Shown here: piece by piece, positions 28,357 through 38,060 of the stretch
Numbering within the stretch: position 1 is the stretch's first letter
How the letters are laid out: each line of letters opens with the position of its first letter
From: an uncultured bacterium
GTDB lineage: Bacteria; Latescibacterota; MWCZ01
Assembly: GCA_964510105.1 (NCBI GenBank)
Contig: CAZEAI010000002.1
Location: forward strand, 90,150 to 154,149
Reading direction: 5' to 3'
DNA length: 64,000 nucleotides
The notes under the pieces: generated by a model
Seen by the model: the letters and a program-made list of their open reading frames with translations, nothing else
What the model was told of the DNA's origin: nothing
Databases searched by the model: none
Program-made: the position numbers and the translations under genes

Positions 28357-29433
28357 GTGTCAGACGTAGGAATCGGAATCATCGGCCAGGGAGTCGGATT
28401 CAGCCGTACCAAGTTCGCGCGCGACGCGGAAGGTCTGCGAATCGCGGCGATCTGCGACCTGCTGGAGGAACGTCGCGACCGGGCGGAGGCGGAGTTCGGC
28501 GCACCGGTGTACAAAGACTACCGCGAGATGCTGGAACGGCCGGACATCGACATCGTCGGCATCTTCACGCCCGCTGGGAATCGACGCGAGATCGCGCTGG
28601 ACGCGTTCGCCGCCGGGAAGCACGTGATCTGCACGAAGCCCATGGAGATCAACATCCAGCGCTGCGACGACATGATCGACGCCGCCGACGCCGCGGGCCT
28701 GACGCTCATGGTCGATTTCGGCCAGCGGTACGCGCCGAACATCCGCGCATTGAAAGCTGCCACGGATCAGGGCATGTTCGGCAGGCTCATCATGTCGAAG
28801 GTCGAACTCCGCTGGTACCGCGACCAGACGTACTACGACTGGAACGACGGCTGGCGTGGCACGTGGCGTCTCGACGGCGGCGGCTCGCTGGCGAACCAGA
28901 CGGTGCACTCCATCGACAAGGCGCAGTGGATCATGGGGCCGCCGGAGAGCGTCGCCGCATACGTCGGCGTGTTCAAGCACGAGATACAGGCCGAGGACCA
29001 GGGCGTCGCGGCGATACGCTGGAAGAGCGGCGCGATCGGCACGATATCCGGCGCGACGACCAGCATTCCGGAGGTGACGACCACCAAGGTGGAGATCCTC
29101 GGCGAGAAGGGCATCGCGATCTACGAGACCAACAAGGGCGCGTACAACGTCGGAGAGAAATCCGGCAGTACCGCGGACGGACACTGGGTGCTCCTCGACC
29201 CCGACGGCACGCCGATGCCCACGCCTCCGATAGACGTACCGCCCGGGCCGAAGAGCGTGATGGAGGATGCCGTCGCCGTGCTGAGGGATGGCGCCGAGCC
29301 GATGACCACGGGGCGCGAGGGGCGCAAATCCGTGGAGATCCTGAACGGCATATACGAATCGGCGCAGACCGGGCAAACGATTTCGTTCCCGCTTGCGAAG
29401 CCGTTTATCCCGAAGGGCGGCTACGACGCCTAG
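28357..29433 (+). CDS. Gfo/Idh/MocA-family oxidoreductase (copy 1)
   Basis: GIGIIGQG Rossmann start, then WRGTWRLDGGGSLANQTVHSIDKAQW in the C-terminal domain. Start set at GTG 28357, behind AGGAG. The track start at 28321 is TTG. Confidence 0.85.
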   Translation: MSDVGIGIIGQGVGFSRTKFARDAEGLRIAAICDLLEERRDRAEAEFGAPVYKDYREMLERPDIDIVGIFTPAGNRREIALDAFAAGKHVICTKPMEINIQRCDDMIDAADAAGLTLMVDFGQRYAPNIRALKAATDQGMFGRLIMSKVELRWYRDQTYYDWNDGWRGTWRLDGGGSLANQTVHSIDKAQWIMGPPESVAAYVGVFKHEIQAEDQGVAAIRWKSGAIGTISGATTSIPEVTTTKVEILGEKGIAIYETNKGAYNVGEKSGSTADGHWVLLDPDGTPMPTPPIDVPPGPKSVMEDAVAVLRDGAEPMTTGREGRKSVEILNGIYESAQTGQTISFPLAKPFIPKGGYDA

Positions 29434-29472
29434 CGAACTCGGTTGCAGCACAACGACCAAGGGGGGCAGGTA

Positions 29473-30549
29473 GTGGGAGACATCGGACTCGGCATCATCG
29501 GACTGGGAATCGGCATGTCCCGCGGCCGGATGGCATCCGCGACGCCCGGCGTACGCGTGGCCGCAGCGTGCTCACTGTCTGAAACGGAGCGCGACGAAGC
29601 GGCGAGCGAATTCGGCGTCGAGGCGGTTGACGACTATCGTCGACTGCTCGACCGCCCGGACGTGGACGTCGTCGGCATCTTCACGCCGGCCGGGCTGCGA
29701 CGCGAGATCGCCCTCGACGCCATTGCCGCCGGGAAGCACGTGCTCCTCACGAAACCGATGGAGGTCAACATCCAGCGCTGCGACGACATAATCACCGCAG
29801 CGGACCAGCAGCACGTCCAGGTGATGATGGAATTCGACACTCGCTACCGGCGTGAGAACCGCGCCATAAAGCAGGCGATCGACGCCGGTCTGTTCGGTCG
29901 CATGCTCATGGCGGACGTCCGCCTGAAGTGGCGCCGCGATCAGGACTACTACGAGTCGGGCGGCGGCTGGCGCGGCACGTGGGCACTCGACGGCGGTGGC
30001 TCGCTGGCAAATCAGGCCATCCACTTCGTCGACCGCCTCCAGTGGTTCATGGGCGGCGTCGAGAGCGTATTCAGCTATGCCGGCGTGTTCGACCACGATA
30101 TCGAGGCGGAGGATCAGACCGTCAGCGTCGTCCGATACGCCAACGGCGGCATCGGCACGATCACCAGCGCGACGACCGCGCCGTCCGATCTTTATGCGTT
30201 CACGCGTTCCGAGCTTCACGGCACTCGGGGCGGCGTCGTAACCATGACGACTTCCGGTGAGTACTTCCACAAGCCGACGAACACCCCCTACGTGCAGACA
30301 TGGCTGGTCACGGACGATTCCGGGCAAGCCATCGAGACTGAGCCGATCGAACCCGCCGACGGCCCCACCAACGTGATGGAAGACCTCGTCGCGACGCTAC
30401 GCGATGGCGCTGCTCCCATGGCGGACGGTCGCGAGGGGCGCAAGTCGATTGAGATACTGAATGCTGTCTACCTATCCGCCCATTCGGGCAGGGAGGTGAA
30501 ACTGCCTCTCGACGGCCCGTTCATCCCGAGGAAAGGCTCGCGATCATGA
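29473..30549 (+). CDS. Gfo/Idh/MocA-family oxidoreductase (copy 2, tandem paralogue)
   Basis: Collinear with copy 1 (GLGIIGLG..., WRGTWALDGGGSLANQAIHFVDRLQW). Start set at GTG 29473, behind AAGGGGGG. The track start at 29443 is TTG. Confidence 0.85.
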   Translation: MGDIGLGIIGLGIGMSRGRMASATPGVRVAAACSLSETERDEAASEFGVEAVDDYRRLLDRPDVDVVGIFTPAGLRREIALDAIAAGKHVLLTKPMEVNIQRCDDIITAADQQHVQVMMEFDTRYRRENRAIKQAIDAGLFGRMLMADVRLKWRRDQDYYESGGGWRGTWALDGGGSLANQAIHFVDRLQWFMGGVESVFSYAGVFDHDIEAEDQTVSVVRYANGGIGTITSATTAPSDLYAFTRSELHGTRGGVVTMTTSGEYFHKPTNTPYVQTWLVTDDSGQAIETEPIEPADGPTNVMEDLVATLRDGAAPMADGREGRKSIEILNAVYLSAHSGREVKLPLDGPFIPRKGSRS

Positions 30550-31373
30550 TCGAACTATCGTATTTCAGCGATGAACTCGGCACCGAGGATGTCCGCGAAT
30601 CCCTGCGCATGGGCACGGAAGCGGGCGCAACCGCCATCGAGATTCGCAGCCGGCTCTTCGGCGGATGCGTAAACACGATGTCGAACGACGACGTCAAGAC
30701 GCTGCGCGGCTACTGCGACGAATACGGGGCGCGCGTCGCCATTATCGGGTCCGGCGTCGGCAAGGTTTCGTTGGACGACCCCGACGAGGTCGAACTCAAC
30801 ATCAAGCGCTTCCACCGCATGGTGGAACTCGCCCACATGTTCGAGACGGACATCGTCCGTGTGTTCGCGTTCTGGAACACCTACTGGAGGTCCGAGAAAC
30901 GCCTCCACCCGGATCTCGACTCGGTAGTACCGGCGATTCGCGCGGCGTTCGAGCCCATCATCGAGCACGCCGAGCGCGAGGGAGTGGTCGTCGCGTTCGA
31001 GCCGGAGGCGGACACGCTCAACAGCAACTGCGAATACACCCGCCGCATCATCGACGGCATCGGCGGCAGCGACGTGCTACGCGTCGCATGGGACGTGAAC
31101 AACGCGGCTCGCACCGGCGAGAATCCCATCCCCGAGGGCTACAGCCAGATTCGCGGCCTGGTCCGGCACGTGCATGTGAAGCCCGACAGCAATCAGTCCA
31201 TCGAGACCGTCGCCGACACCTCCGTCAGCTACCGCGACGTGTTCCAGACGCTCACGGACGACGGCTACGACGGACCGGCGAGCATCGAGCATTGGGGCAC
31301 GCCGGAACTCATGCTCGAGGGCATCCGGCAGACTCGTGCGCTGCTCGACGACATGGGCATTCGGAAGTCGTAA
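30546..31373 (+). CDS. Sugar phosphate isomerase/epimerase (xylose-isomerase-like TIM barrel)
   Basis: 275 aa. Family-typical layout (VAFEPE..., HVHVKP..., SIEHWG). ATGA overlap with the preceding oxidoreductase gene. Confidence 0.8.
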   Translation: MIELSYFSDELGTEDVRESLRMGTEAGATAIEIRSRLFGGCVNTMSNDDVKTLRGYCDEYGARVAIIGSGVGKVSLDDPDEVELNIKRFHRMVELAHMFETDIVRVFAFWNTYWRSEKRLHPDLDSVVPAIRAAFEPIIEHAEREGVVVAFEPEADTLNSNCEYTRRIIDGIGGSDVLRVAWDVNNAARTGENPIPEGYSQIRGLVRHVHVKPDSNQSIETVADTSVSYRDVFQTLTDDGYDGPASIEHWGTPELMLEGIRQTRALLDDMGIRKS

Positions 31374-31424
31374 CGCCGCACATCCCGGCAGAGAACGAAC
31401 ACGGCTATCGGATTGCAGCATAAC

Positions 31425-31456
31425 GCGATGCGCCATCTCGTCACGGGGCGCATCGC
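31425..31456. terminator. Perfect 10-bp-stem hairpin between convergent genes (possible bidirectional terminator)
   Basis: GCGATGCGCC (31425-31434), a 12-nt loop, then GGCGCATCGC (31447-31456). It lies between the stop at 31373 (+) and the stop at 31500 (-). There is no clear U-tract, so function is uncertain. Confidence 0.3.
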
Positions 31457-31499
31457 GTCGCCGTCGGCGAACCCGCTGAGGATGTGCAACGCCTCGGCG

Positions 31500-32255
31500 C
31501 TAGTCATCCACCTCGATGACGGAACGGCTGATCGGCGATCCATCGGCGACGTCCGTCACCACCTGCCGCCGGATGCCTCCCTCGCCGCGCGCGAGAGACC
31601 AGCGCACAGTAGACCTCGCCGACGCCCCACGCTCGAATCGAATGCGCATCCTTCGGACGACGCCCGGTTCGGCATCCGACGCCAGTGCGAAGTGGTCCAG
31701 AATCCAGTCTGCGTAGACAGCGTTGTTGGCGTGACGCGCGCCGTCAAGCTCGCTCCAGAGCACTGCGTGGTCGCGCTCATCGACGAGTTCGAATCCATCG
31801 CCGGCGTCGAGCAGGTCGGCGCCCCAGTCGCGGTCGTCCAGTACGTGCTCGTCGAACGTGCTGAACTCCTCGATCAGTTCGTGGTCGATGCGCTTCGGAC
31901 GTCCCGTATCCCGGCTTACGTATACCCACAGCGCCTCGCCGAGCGCAACTACGTCACCGTTCGGACGCGCTATGCGGTACTGCCGGGGTGCGAGGATGCG
32001 CTCGAATCCAGCCGCCCACGTCGTGAGGATCACGTCGTCGCCGTTCCGGAGGGTGTCGCGCAGATCGAGCGTGAATTCCCGTACGAACCACGTGCTCCCG
32101 AGGGCTCGATAGCGCGCCGTGTCGAAGCCGTTCGCGTCGGACGCGTAGATCGCGGCGTCCTGACACCATCGCATGATCGTCCCGGGGAGGACGCGGTTCA
32201 TCGCGTCGATTTCGTGTGAACGCACGGTGAAGGAGAGCGTTGAGCGGTCCGGCAT
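31500..32255 (-). CDS. Acyl-ACP/acyl-CoA thioesterase-like double hotdog protein
   Basis: 251 aa, the size of two hotdog repeats. The N-terminus FTVRSHEIDAMNRVLPGTIMRWCQDAA is typical of the acyl-ACP thioesterase family. Confidence 0.7.
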   Translation of the reverse strand: MPDRSTLSFTVRSHEIDAMNRVLPGTIMRWCQDAAIYASDANGFDTARYRALGSTWFVREFTLDLRDTLRNGDDVILTTWAAGFERILAPRQYRIARPNGDVVALGEALWVYVSRDTGRPKRIDHELIEEFSTFDEHVLDDRDWGADLLDAGDGFELVDERDHAVLWSELDGARHANNAVYADWILDHFALASDAEPGVVRRMRIRFERGASARSTVRWSLARGEGGIRRQVVTDVADGSPISRSVIEVDD

Positions 32256-32276
32256 GGCAGGTCTCCGAGTGCCCGC

Positions 32277-34064
32277 TCAGGCGGCGGGAGGAGTAAGCTG
32301 GTCGCGGTACTGCAGCTCGTAGAGCCGCCGGTAGATACCGTCCTCGCGCATCAGCTCCGCGTGGCTGCCGACCTCGCGGACGCGGCCATGGTGCATCACG
32401 ACGATGCGGTCCGCGTGCTGGATCGTCGACAGCCTGTGCGCGACGACAATGGAGGTCCGACCCGCCATGAGCCGTTCGAGCGCCTCCTGGATGAGCTGCT
32501 CCGTCGCGGTATCGACGTTGGCCGTGGCCTCGTCGAGCACGAGGACGTCGGGGCTGAACGCGAGGGCGCGGGCGAAGCTCAGGAGCTGCCGCTGGCCGAC
32601 GCTCAGCGTGGAGCCCCGCTCGTTCAGCGGCGAGTGGTATCCCTGCGGTAGACGCTCTATGAACCGGTGCGCGTTCACCACACGCGCCGCCTCCTCGATC
32701 TGCGCGTCAGTGATTCGCTCATCGCCAAGCCGGATGTTGGCCGCGATGTCGCCCGAAAAGAGGAATACGTCCTGCTGCACGACGGCCATGCGTCGCCGGT
32801 GCTGCGAGAGTTCGAACTCGCGGATGTCCGTTCCATCGAACGAGATCGCGCCGCGCCCCACGTCGTAGTGTCGTCCGAGCAGGCTGATGAGGGTGGTCTT
32901 CCCGGAGCCGGTCGCCCCGACAATCGCCACGCGCTCCCCTCGACGCACCTTGAACGAGACGTCCTCAAGGACCCAGTCCTCGTCGTTGTAGGCGAACCAG
33001 ACGTTCTCGAATCGCACCGCCTGCTCAAGTCCCTTCACCCGTACGGGGCTCTCCGGAGAGGTGAGCGTCGGCGGCGTATCCAGAAGCGAGAAGAGACGCT
33101 CCGCGCTGGCCATCGCCTGCTGAAGCTGGTTGTATTTCTCGCTGACGTCGCGAAGCGGCCAGAAGAAGCGCTCGCAGTAGTTGATGAAAGCGACGAGCAC
33201 GCCGATAGTCACCACGCCCTCGAGCTGCAACCAGCCGCCACGCCAGATCACCAGCGCGATGCCAACGGCGCCGATGATTTCGACGCCGGGGAAGAACACC
33301 GCGAAGTAGAAGTTCGTTAGGATCTGCGAGTCGCGGAATCTGCCACTGTACTCCCGATAGTGGGCGGCGTTGTCCCGCTGGCGGTGGAACATCTGGACAA
33401 CGGACATCCCGGCGAGATTCTCCTGCAGGTAGCTGTTCATCCGGGCGAGATGCCGCCGGACCTCGCGGAACGTGTACCGGATGCCCCGGGAGAAGAACCA
33501 TCCCATGCCGAACAGGAGCGGCAACATCACCGCTGCATAGAGTGCGAGGGTGATGTTCAGCATCGCCATGAACGTGAAGGTCAGGATGATCGCCATCAGG
33601 CCGCTGATGATCGAGATCGCTCCGGACGCGAAGAACTCGTTGATGACACCGACGTCGCTCGTGACGCGGGTAATCAGGCGTCCCGTGGGATTGCGATCAT
33701 AGAACTGCAGCGACATCGACTGGAGGTGCTCGAACACCTGCGCCCGGAGATCGCGCATCACCCGCTGGGCCGTCATGGCACCAACGTATTCGGTGACGGT
33801 TCCGGTCACGAACCTGGCGAACATCACAAGAAGCAGCGCACCGGCCACAAGCCATAGACCAGACGGATCCTCACCCTTGATCGGACCGTCGATGGCCCAC
33901 CGGATGATCTGCGGCGGCAGCAGCATAGACACCTCCGCGACGACGAGCGTCCCGAAGGTCACCGCAACCGCTGTCCTGTAGGGCTTCAGATACGTCACGA
34001 GGCGGCGTACGAGCCGCGCATCGTATGCTTTGCCAAGCGATTCTTCTTCGCGAAAATCCTGCAT
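32277..34064 (-). CDS. ABC exporter, fused permease/ATPase (MsbA/multidrug type), subunit B
   Basis: 595 aa. Six-helix transmembrane domain, Walker A GATGSGKTT, signature LSVGQRQ, Walker B VLVLDEATA. Confidence 0.9.
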   Translation of the reverse strand: MQDFREEESLGKAYDARLVRRLVTYLKPYRTAVAVTFGTLVVAEVSMLLPPQIIRWAIDGPIKGEDPSGLWLVAGALLLVMFARFVTGTVTEYVGAMTAQRVMRDLRAQVFEHLQSMSLQFYDRNPTGRLITRVTSDVGVINEFFASGAISIISGLMAIILTFTFMAMLNITLALYAAVMLPLLFGMGWFFSRGIRYTFREVRRHLARMNSYLQENLAGMSVVQMFHRQRDNAAHYREYSGRFRDSQILTNFYFAVFFPGVEIIGAVGIALVIWRGGWLQLEGVVTIGVLVAFINYCERFFWPLRDVSEKYNQLQQAMASAERLFSLLDTPPTLTSPESPVRVKGLEQAVRFENVWFAYNDEDWVLEDVSFKVRRGERVAIVGATGSGKTTLISLLGRHYDVGRGAISFDGTDIREFELSQHRRRMAVVQQDVFLFSGDIAANIRLGDERITDAQIEEAARVVNAHRFIERLPQGYHSPLNERGSTLSVGQRQLLSFARALAFSPDVLVLDEATANVDTATEQLIQEALERLMAGRTSIVVAHRLSTIQHADRIVVMHHGRVREVGSHAELMREDGIYRRLYELQYRDQLTPPAA

Positions 34065-34121
34065 CTCAGCCTATTCGGACTACGGTCCGACTCATGTATC
34101 CAACGATCATTGGCAACGCCA

Positions 34122-34922
34122 TCACGACCCACTCGCCTTCGCATCGGCTTCAGCCGGTGACCCGGCGGAGCGCAGCGGCGCGAAGTTGATCGGAAACTCG
34201 AATAGCCCGTCCTGCCCTCGCGGCATCCGCCACCCGGCGATCGTACGGATCAGACAGGTATCCAGCTCCGGCTCGTTCAGGGTCGACTCCACAATCCGGA
34301 CGCCGGAAGTCATTCCGTCGGGGTGGATCGAGAACCTCACCACGACCAGTCCGCCGCTGTAGGAAAGCTCTCCCACGGGGAACGGCACCGGGCGCGCCAT
34401 GAGATAGCACTCGGCAAGCGTCTGTCGCGACGACCAGAGCAGCATCATCACCGAGCGCATCACGCGCCGCCCGTCGGGATCCGCCGCGTCCACCGGCCCG
34501 CCAAGCTCCGCCTCCGCCAGTCGCGCACTCATCGGCAGAGTGAATCGGTAGCGGCGCGGCGCGGGATCCTCGCTCAGGTACCACGTCCGGACGACGTCGC
34601 GAACGCAGGTGATCATCTGCGGGGTCGCACGAGAGCTTCGCGCCGAAACGCTATCCACCGACCCGTAGGGCGAGACGAAGAGGTCGAGCGTCACGAGGCT
34701 CACGCGCGCCTCGACACCGTCATCCGTCGTATCCGTGAGGCAGTCCGAGAGCCCGAGCCGTGTGCGCCAGAGCTCCATCTGCAGCAGCATCCGATCGAGG
34801 CTGTCGGGCACAACCGCGACATCCTGTCCGAACGGCGCGGGCGGAGGCGGCGCCGGAATCCGGGTCGCACACCCGGCCAACGCAACGAGCAAGACTGCCA
34901 GCACACTCGGGAGCGAGCGCAT
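34122..34922 (-). CDS. Lipoprotein with two TonB-C/AgmX-PglI-like C-terminal-type modules
   Basis: Only the last 266 codons of track ORF 34122-35549 are accepted. ATG 34922 overlaps the upstream ABC stop (TGATG). Lipobox LLVALAGC. The two modules are VSLVTLDLFVSPYGSVDSV...ITCVRDVVRTW and VVVRFSIHPDGMTSGVRIV...LDTCLIRTIAGWRMP. Confidence 0.65.
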   Translation of the reverse strand: MRSLPSVLAVLLVALAGCATRIPAPPPPAPFGQDVAVVPDSLDRMLLQMELWRTRLGLSDCLTDTTDDGVEARVSLVTLDLFVSPYGSVDSVSARSSRATPQMITCVRDVVRTWYLSEDPAPRRYRFTLPMSARLAEAELGGPVDAADPDGRRVMRSVMMLLWSSRQTLAECYLMARPVPFPVGELSYSGGLVVVRFSIHPDGMTSGVRIVESTLNEPELDTCLIRTIAGWRMPRGQDGLFEFPINFAPLRSAGSPAEADAKASGS

Positions 34923-36721
34923 CACGCTGCCTCCAGCTCTTCTTCGAGAAGCTGGCGACGGTAGAGGCCGGCGTAGTGCCCGTCGAGTGCTACGAGCTGA
35001 TCGTGCGTGCCCTCCTCCACTATCCGACCGTCCTCCAGATAGATGATGTGGGTCGCACTCTTCACCGCGGAGAGGCGGTGCGCGACGATGATCGTCGTGC
35101 GACGAGCCATCTCGTCGCGCAGGCTGTCGAGGATCGCCGCTTCCGTACGCGTATCGACGGCAGACAGCGCGTCGTCCAGTATGAGTATCGGCGCATCCTT
35201 CAGAAGCGCTCGGGCGATGGCTACCCGCTGCTTCTGCCCGCCGGATAGCGTGATGCCGCGCTCCCCGACGAGGGTCTGCCACCCGCCCGAGAATCCCTCT
35301 ATCTCCTCTGTCAGGCTCGCGATTTCCGCGACGCGCGAGACCTCGGACTCGGATGCGTATCGCTGTCCGAAGCGAACGTTCTCGAAAATGGTGTCGCTGA
35401 ACAGGAAGCTCTCCTGCGGAACCATGCCGATGGCGCCCCTGACGCCCTCCAGCGGGATGCGCCTGACGTCCGTCCCGTCGATGAACGCTGTTCCATCGGG
35501 CGGATCGAGTATTCGCACCATGAGTTGGGCCAGCGTACTCTTCCCGCATCCCGTCGGCCCGACGATACCGAGCGACTCGCCGGCGGCCACGTCGATACGT
35601 ATGCCATGTAGCACCGGCACGTCAGGTTCGTAGCCGAACGTGAGGTTCCGGATGCTGATTGCGCCATCGGACACCGCGGCGCTCACGTCGGTCTCCGGAC
35701 CATCGGCGATATCGGGCGCCTCGTCCATCACTTCGCTGATACGTCCGAACGCCGCGGCGCCGCGCTGGAACATGTTCACTACCCACCCGGCCGCGATCGC
35801 GGGCCAGATGAGCATGCCGAGGTACGCCACGAATTGCACCAGCCGTCCGAGCGAGATCGCCCCGGCAACCACCTGGTAGCCGCCGTAGAGGAGCGCAATG
35901 ATCGTCGCGCATCCCGCAAGAAACATCATCGCAGGGAAGAACGCCGCCTGGATCCGGATCAGTCGCTGGTTCGCCGCCACGAAATCGTCGTTCAGGTCCG
36001 CGAATCGGCTGATCTCGGCGGGCTCCTGCGCGTATGACTTTACGACGCGGATGCCGCTCAGGTTCTCCTGAATCCGGGCGCTCAGTCCACCGAGCTTCTC
36101 CTGGATCAGCAGGAAGCGATCGTGAATCATCTTCCCCGCGAATCGCACCATAAGAGCCAGAACCGGAAACGGCAGCAGGCTGACCAGCGCCAACTCCCAA
36201 CTGATCGACAACATGAGCGTCAGCGCGAAGGAGAACGCAACGGCGCTGTTCACCGAGTACATCACCGCCGGTCCGATCATCGACCGGACCGCATCCATGT
36301 CGTTCGTCGTCCGCGAGATCACGTCGCCGGACTGTGAGCGCTGGTAGTACCTCGTGGAGAGCGTCGCGAGCTTGTCGAAAAGCCTGTTGCGCAGATCGTA
36401 CTCGATGCGTCGCGACGTGGAGATCACATACCACCGCCCGGCGAAAATGAGGAGGCCGTAGATCGCCGAGAACCCAAGGTAGAGACCGCCGTAGAGAAGC
36501 AGAGCATGCCGGATGCCCGGCGATGTCCAGCCGAGCCATTCAACGACACGCGCGATTCCGCCCGGCATCGTGCCTGATTCGAGATGGTCCACCGAAAGCT
36601 GCAGCACCTTCGGAAGCGCCATCTGCGGGACCTTCGACAGGACCACGCCGAGAAGGCCGAACAGGAAGACTCCCCGGTACGGCCGCACGTATGGCAGTAG
36701 TGATCGAAACGCGTGTATCAT
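34922..36721 (-). CDS. ABC exporter, fused permease/ATPase, subunit A
   Basis: Walker A GPTGCGKST, signature LSGGQKQR, Walker B ILILDDALS. Start moved to ATG 36721 (MIHAFRSLLPY) so that it does not overlap the upstream PfkB gene by 74 nt. Confidence 0.9.
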   Translation of the reverse strand: MIHAFRSLLPYVRPYRGVFLFGLLGVVLSKVPQMALPKVLQLSVDHLESGTMPGGIARVVEWLGWTSPGIRHALLLYGGLYLGFSAIYGLLIFAGRWYVISTSRRIEYDLRNRLFDKLATLSTRYYQRSQSGDVISRTTNDMDAVRSMIGPAVMYSVNSAVAFSFALTLMLSISWELALVSLLPFPVLALMVRFAGKMIHDRFLLIQEKLGGLSARIQENLSGIRVVKSYAQEPAEISRFADLNDDFVAANQRLIRIQAAFFPAMMFLAGCATIIALLYGGYQVVAGAISLGRLVQFVAYLGMLIWPAIAAGWVVNMFQRGAAAFGRISEVMDEAPDIADGPETDVSAAVSDGAISIRNLTFGYEPDVPVLHGIRIDVAAGESLGIVGPTGCGKSTLAQLMVRILDPPDGTAFIDGTDVRRIPLEGVRGAIGMVPQESFLFSDTIFENVRFGQRYASESEVSRVAEIASLTEEIEGFSGGWQTLVGERGITLSGGQKQRVAIARALLKDAPILILDDALSAVDTRTEAAILDSLRDEMARRTTIIVAHRLSAVKSATHIIYLEDGRIVEEGTHDQLVALDGHYAGLYRRQLLEEELEAA

Positions 36722-36743
36722 GATCCCAAGCCAGTCCTCGCTG

Positions 36744-37694
36744 CTAAGTTCGGTACGGTTCCGCGGCGTCGAGGAACGCCGCCACTTCCGCATGAGCCGG
36801 TATGGCGGGCCGCCCACCGAGAGCGCGGCAGCTCAGCGCCGCGGCGGCTGAAGCGTAGCGCAGCCGCTCGCTGAACGGCATGTCTCGACCCAGTGCGGCC
36901 AGATACGCCCCGTGGAACACGTCGCCCGCGCCTGTCGTATCGACGACGTCGATGTCGAATGCAGGAAGCCGCACCTCCTCGTCCCCGCGCACGCCGATAC
37001 AACCACGATCTCCGCGAGTCACGACAACCGTTCCGGGTCCCAGGGCCCGCAATCGCGCCAGCGCCTCCAGAATCGACTCGTCGCTTTCCCCGTCGACACC
37101 GAGCCCGGCGAGGAGCGCCTCCGGAACGATGAGAACGTCGACGAGCCCGAGTCGCGTCTCGCATTCCGGCGACCACGCGCCCACGTCGGCGCTGACGACC
37201 GCCCCGACCTCGCGCGCAGCCGCGGCGACCTCTACCTCCAGCGGCCCCAAGTCGCAGATGTGAACCGCGCCGGCCTCCCGAATCGCGGCCGCGGCACCGA
37301 CCGGGAGGCGATCCATTCGCGCCGTCGCCGGTTGGAAGATGATGCTGCGCTTCCCTGACGCCTGGTGAACCAGGACGATACTGCGCGCTGACGAATGCCC
37401 GGCCACACACGCGACGAGATCCGTTCCAACGCCCTCCGATGCCAGGCCGTCGAGAATTGCGCGTCCGTCCGCGTCGTCTCCAACCGCACCGACATACGAA
37501 CACTCGCATCCGAGCCGGGCAGCCGCCACCAGCGCGGTAGCTACTACGCCTCCGCCACACATCGCGAAATCAACTAGCGTCGCGCCGGAATCGAGTTCGG
37601 GGAGACGATCTACGATACCAAGGTAGTCCTGCGTGGAGTTCCCCACGCCGACGACGGCGAACGGCTTCGTGGGATCGGACTCGAGGCTATGCAT
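36744..37694 (-). CDS. PfkB-family carbohydrate kinase (second copy in window)
   Basis: 316 aa. VVGVGNSTQDY start and the C-terminal signature DTTGAGDVFHGA. Confidence 0.85.
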   Translation of the reverse strand: MHSLESDPTKPFAVVGVGNSTQDYLGIVDRLPELDSGATLVDFAMCGGGVVATALVAAARLGCECSYVGAVGDDADGRAILDGLASEGVGTDLVACVAGHSSARSIVLVHQASGKRSIIFQPATARMDRLPVGAAAAIREAGAVHICDLGPLEVEVAAAAREVGAVVSADVGAWSPECETRLGLVDVLIVPEALLAGLGVDGESDESILEALARLRALGPGTVVVTRGDRGCIGVRGDEEVRLPAFDIDVVDTTGAGDVFHGAYLAALGRDMPFSERLRYASAAAALSCRALGGRPAIPAHAEVAAFLDAAEPYRT

Positions 37695-37700
37695 CGCCGT

Positions 37701-38060
37701 TCAGCCGCCGTCCGGCCGGTAGATGACAGAGACCGGACGTATGCTCGACCCGAACCGCTCCGAAGGCTCCGCGCGGGTGATCTTCTGCCAGAGCGAGCGC
37801 TTCGGACGCTGTTGGCTGATCGCGCGGACCATGAACCGGCGATTCGCCGCGAGGCTCAGCATGAACGCCGCCGCCACGGGGACGCGCATCCATTTTCGCT
37901 CACCGAATGCAGCAACAAGAAATCCCGTCGCGAGAGAGATCGTGGCGCTTGCATGAGCGATGATCCGCCAGAAGCGGCCTCTCTCCGCGCGCCCGGCGAC
38001 CATCGAGACGAGCGCCAGCGTGGCGAACGCCGAGGCGACTCCGCCAACAGCCGGCCGCAT
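37701..38060 (-). CDS. Possible small integral membrane protein
   Basis: About 119 aa from ATG 38060, with three hydrophobic segments. Its stop lies 6 nt before the PfkB start, which is operon-like geometry. No family recognised. Confidence 0.45.
   Translation of the reverse strand: MRPAVGGVASAFATLALVSMVAGRAERGRFWRIIAHASATISLATGFLVAAFGERKWMRVPVAAAFMLSLAANRRFMVRAISQQRPKRSLWQKITRAEPSERFGSSIRPVSVIYRPDGG

Noticed and set aside
28360-30327. Long minus-strand ORFs (28360-29460, 29572-30327) opposite the Gfo/Idh/MocA genes.
   Set aside because: The plus-strand products carry unmistakable family motifs. The antisense translations are Arg/His-rich with no motifs.
34923-35549. N-terminal 209 codons of track ORF 34122-35549.
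   Set aside because: This part overlaps the ABC transporter gene out of frame and is Arg/Gly-rich. A lipoprotein signal (MRSLPSVLAVLLVALAGC) begins at ATG 34922, exactly at the ABC stop. I therefore kept only 34122-34922.
35622-37560. Off-frame same-strand ORFs 35622-36539 and 36718-37560 inside the ABC and PfkB genes.
   Set aside because: They are extremely Arg/Gly-rich (e.g. RRGRTRNSRRPG). The overlapping frames encode canonical ABC and PfkB motifs.
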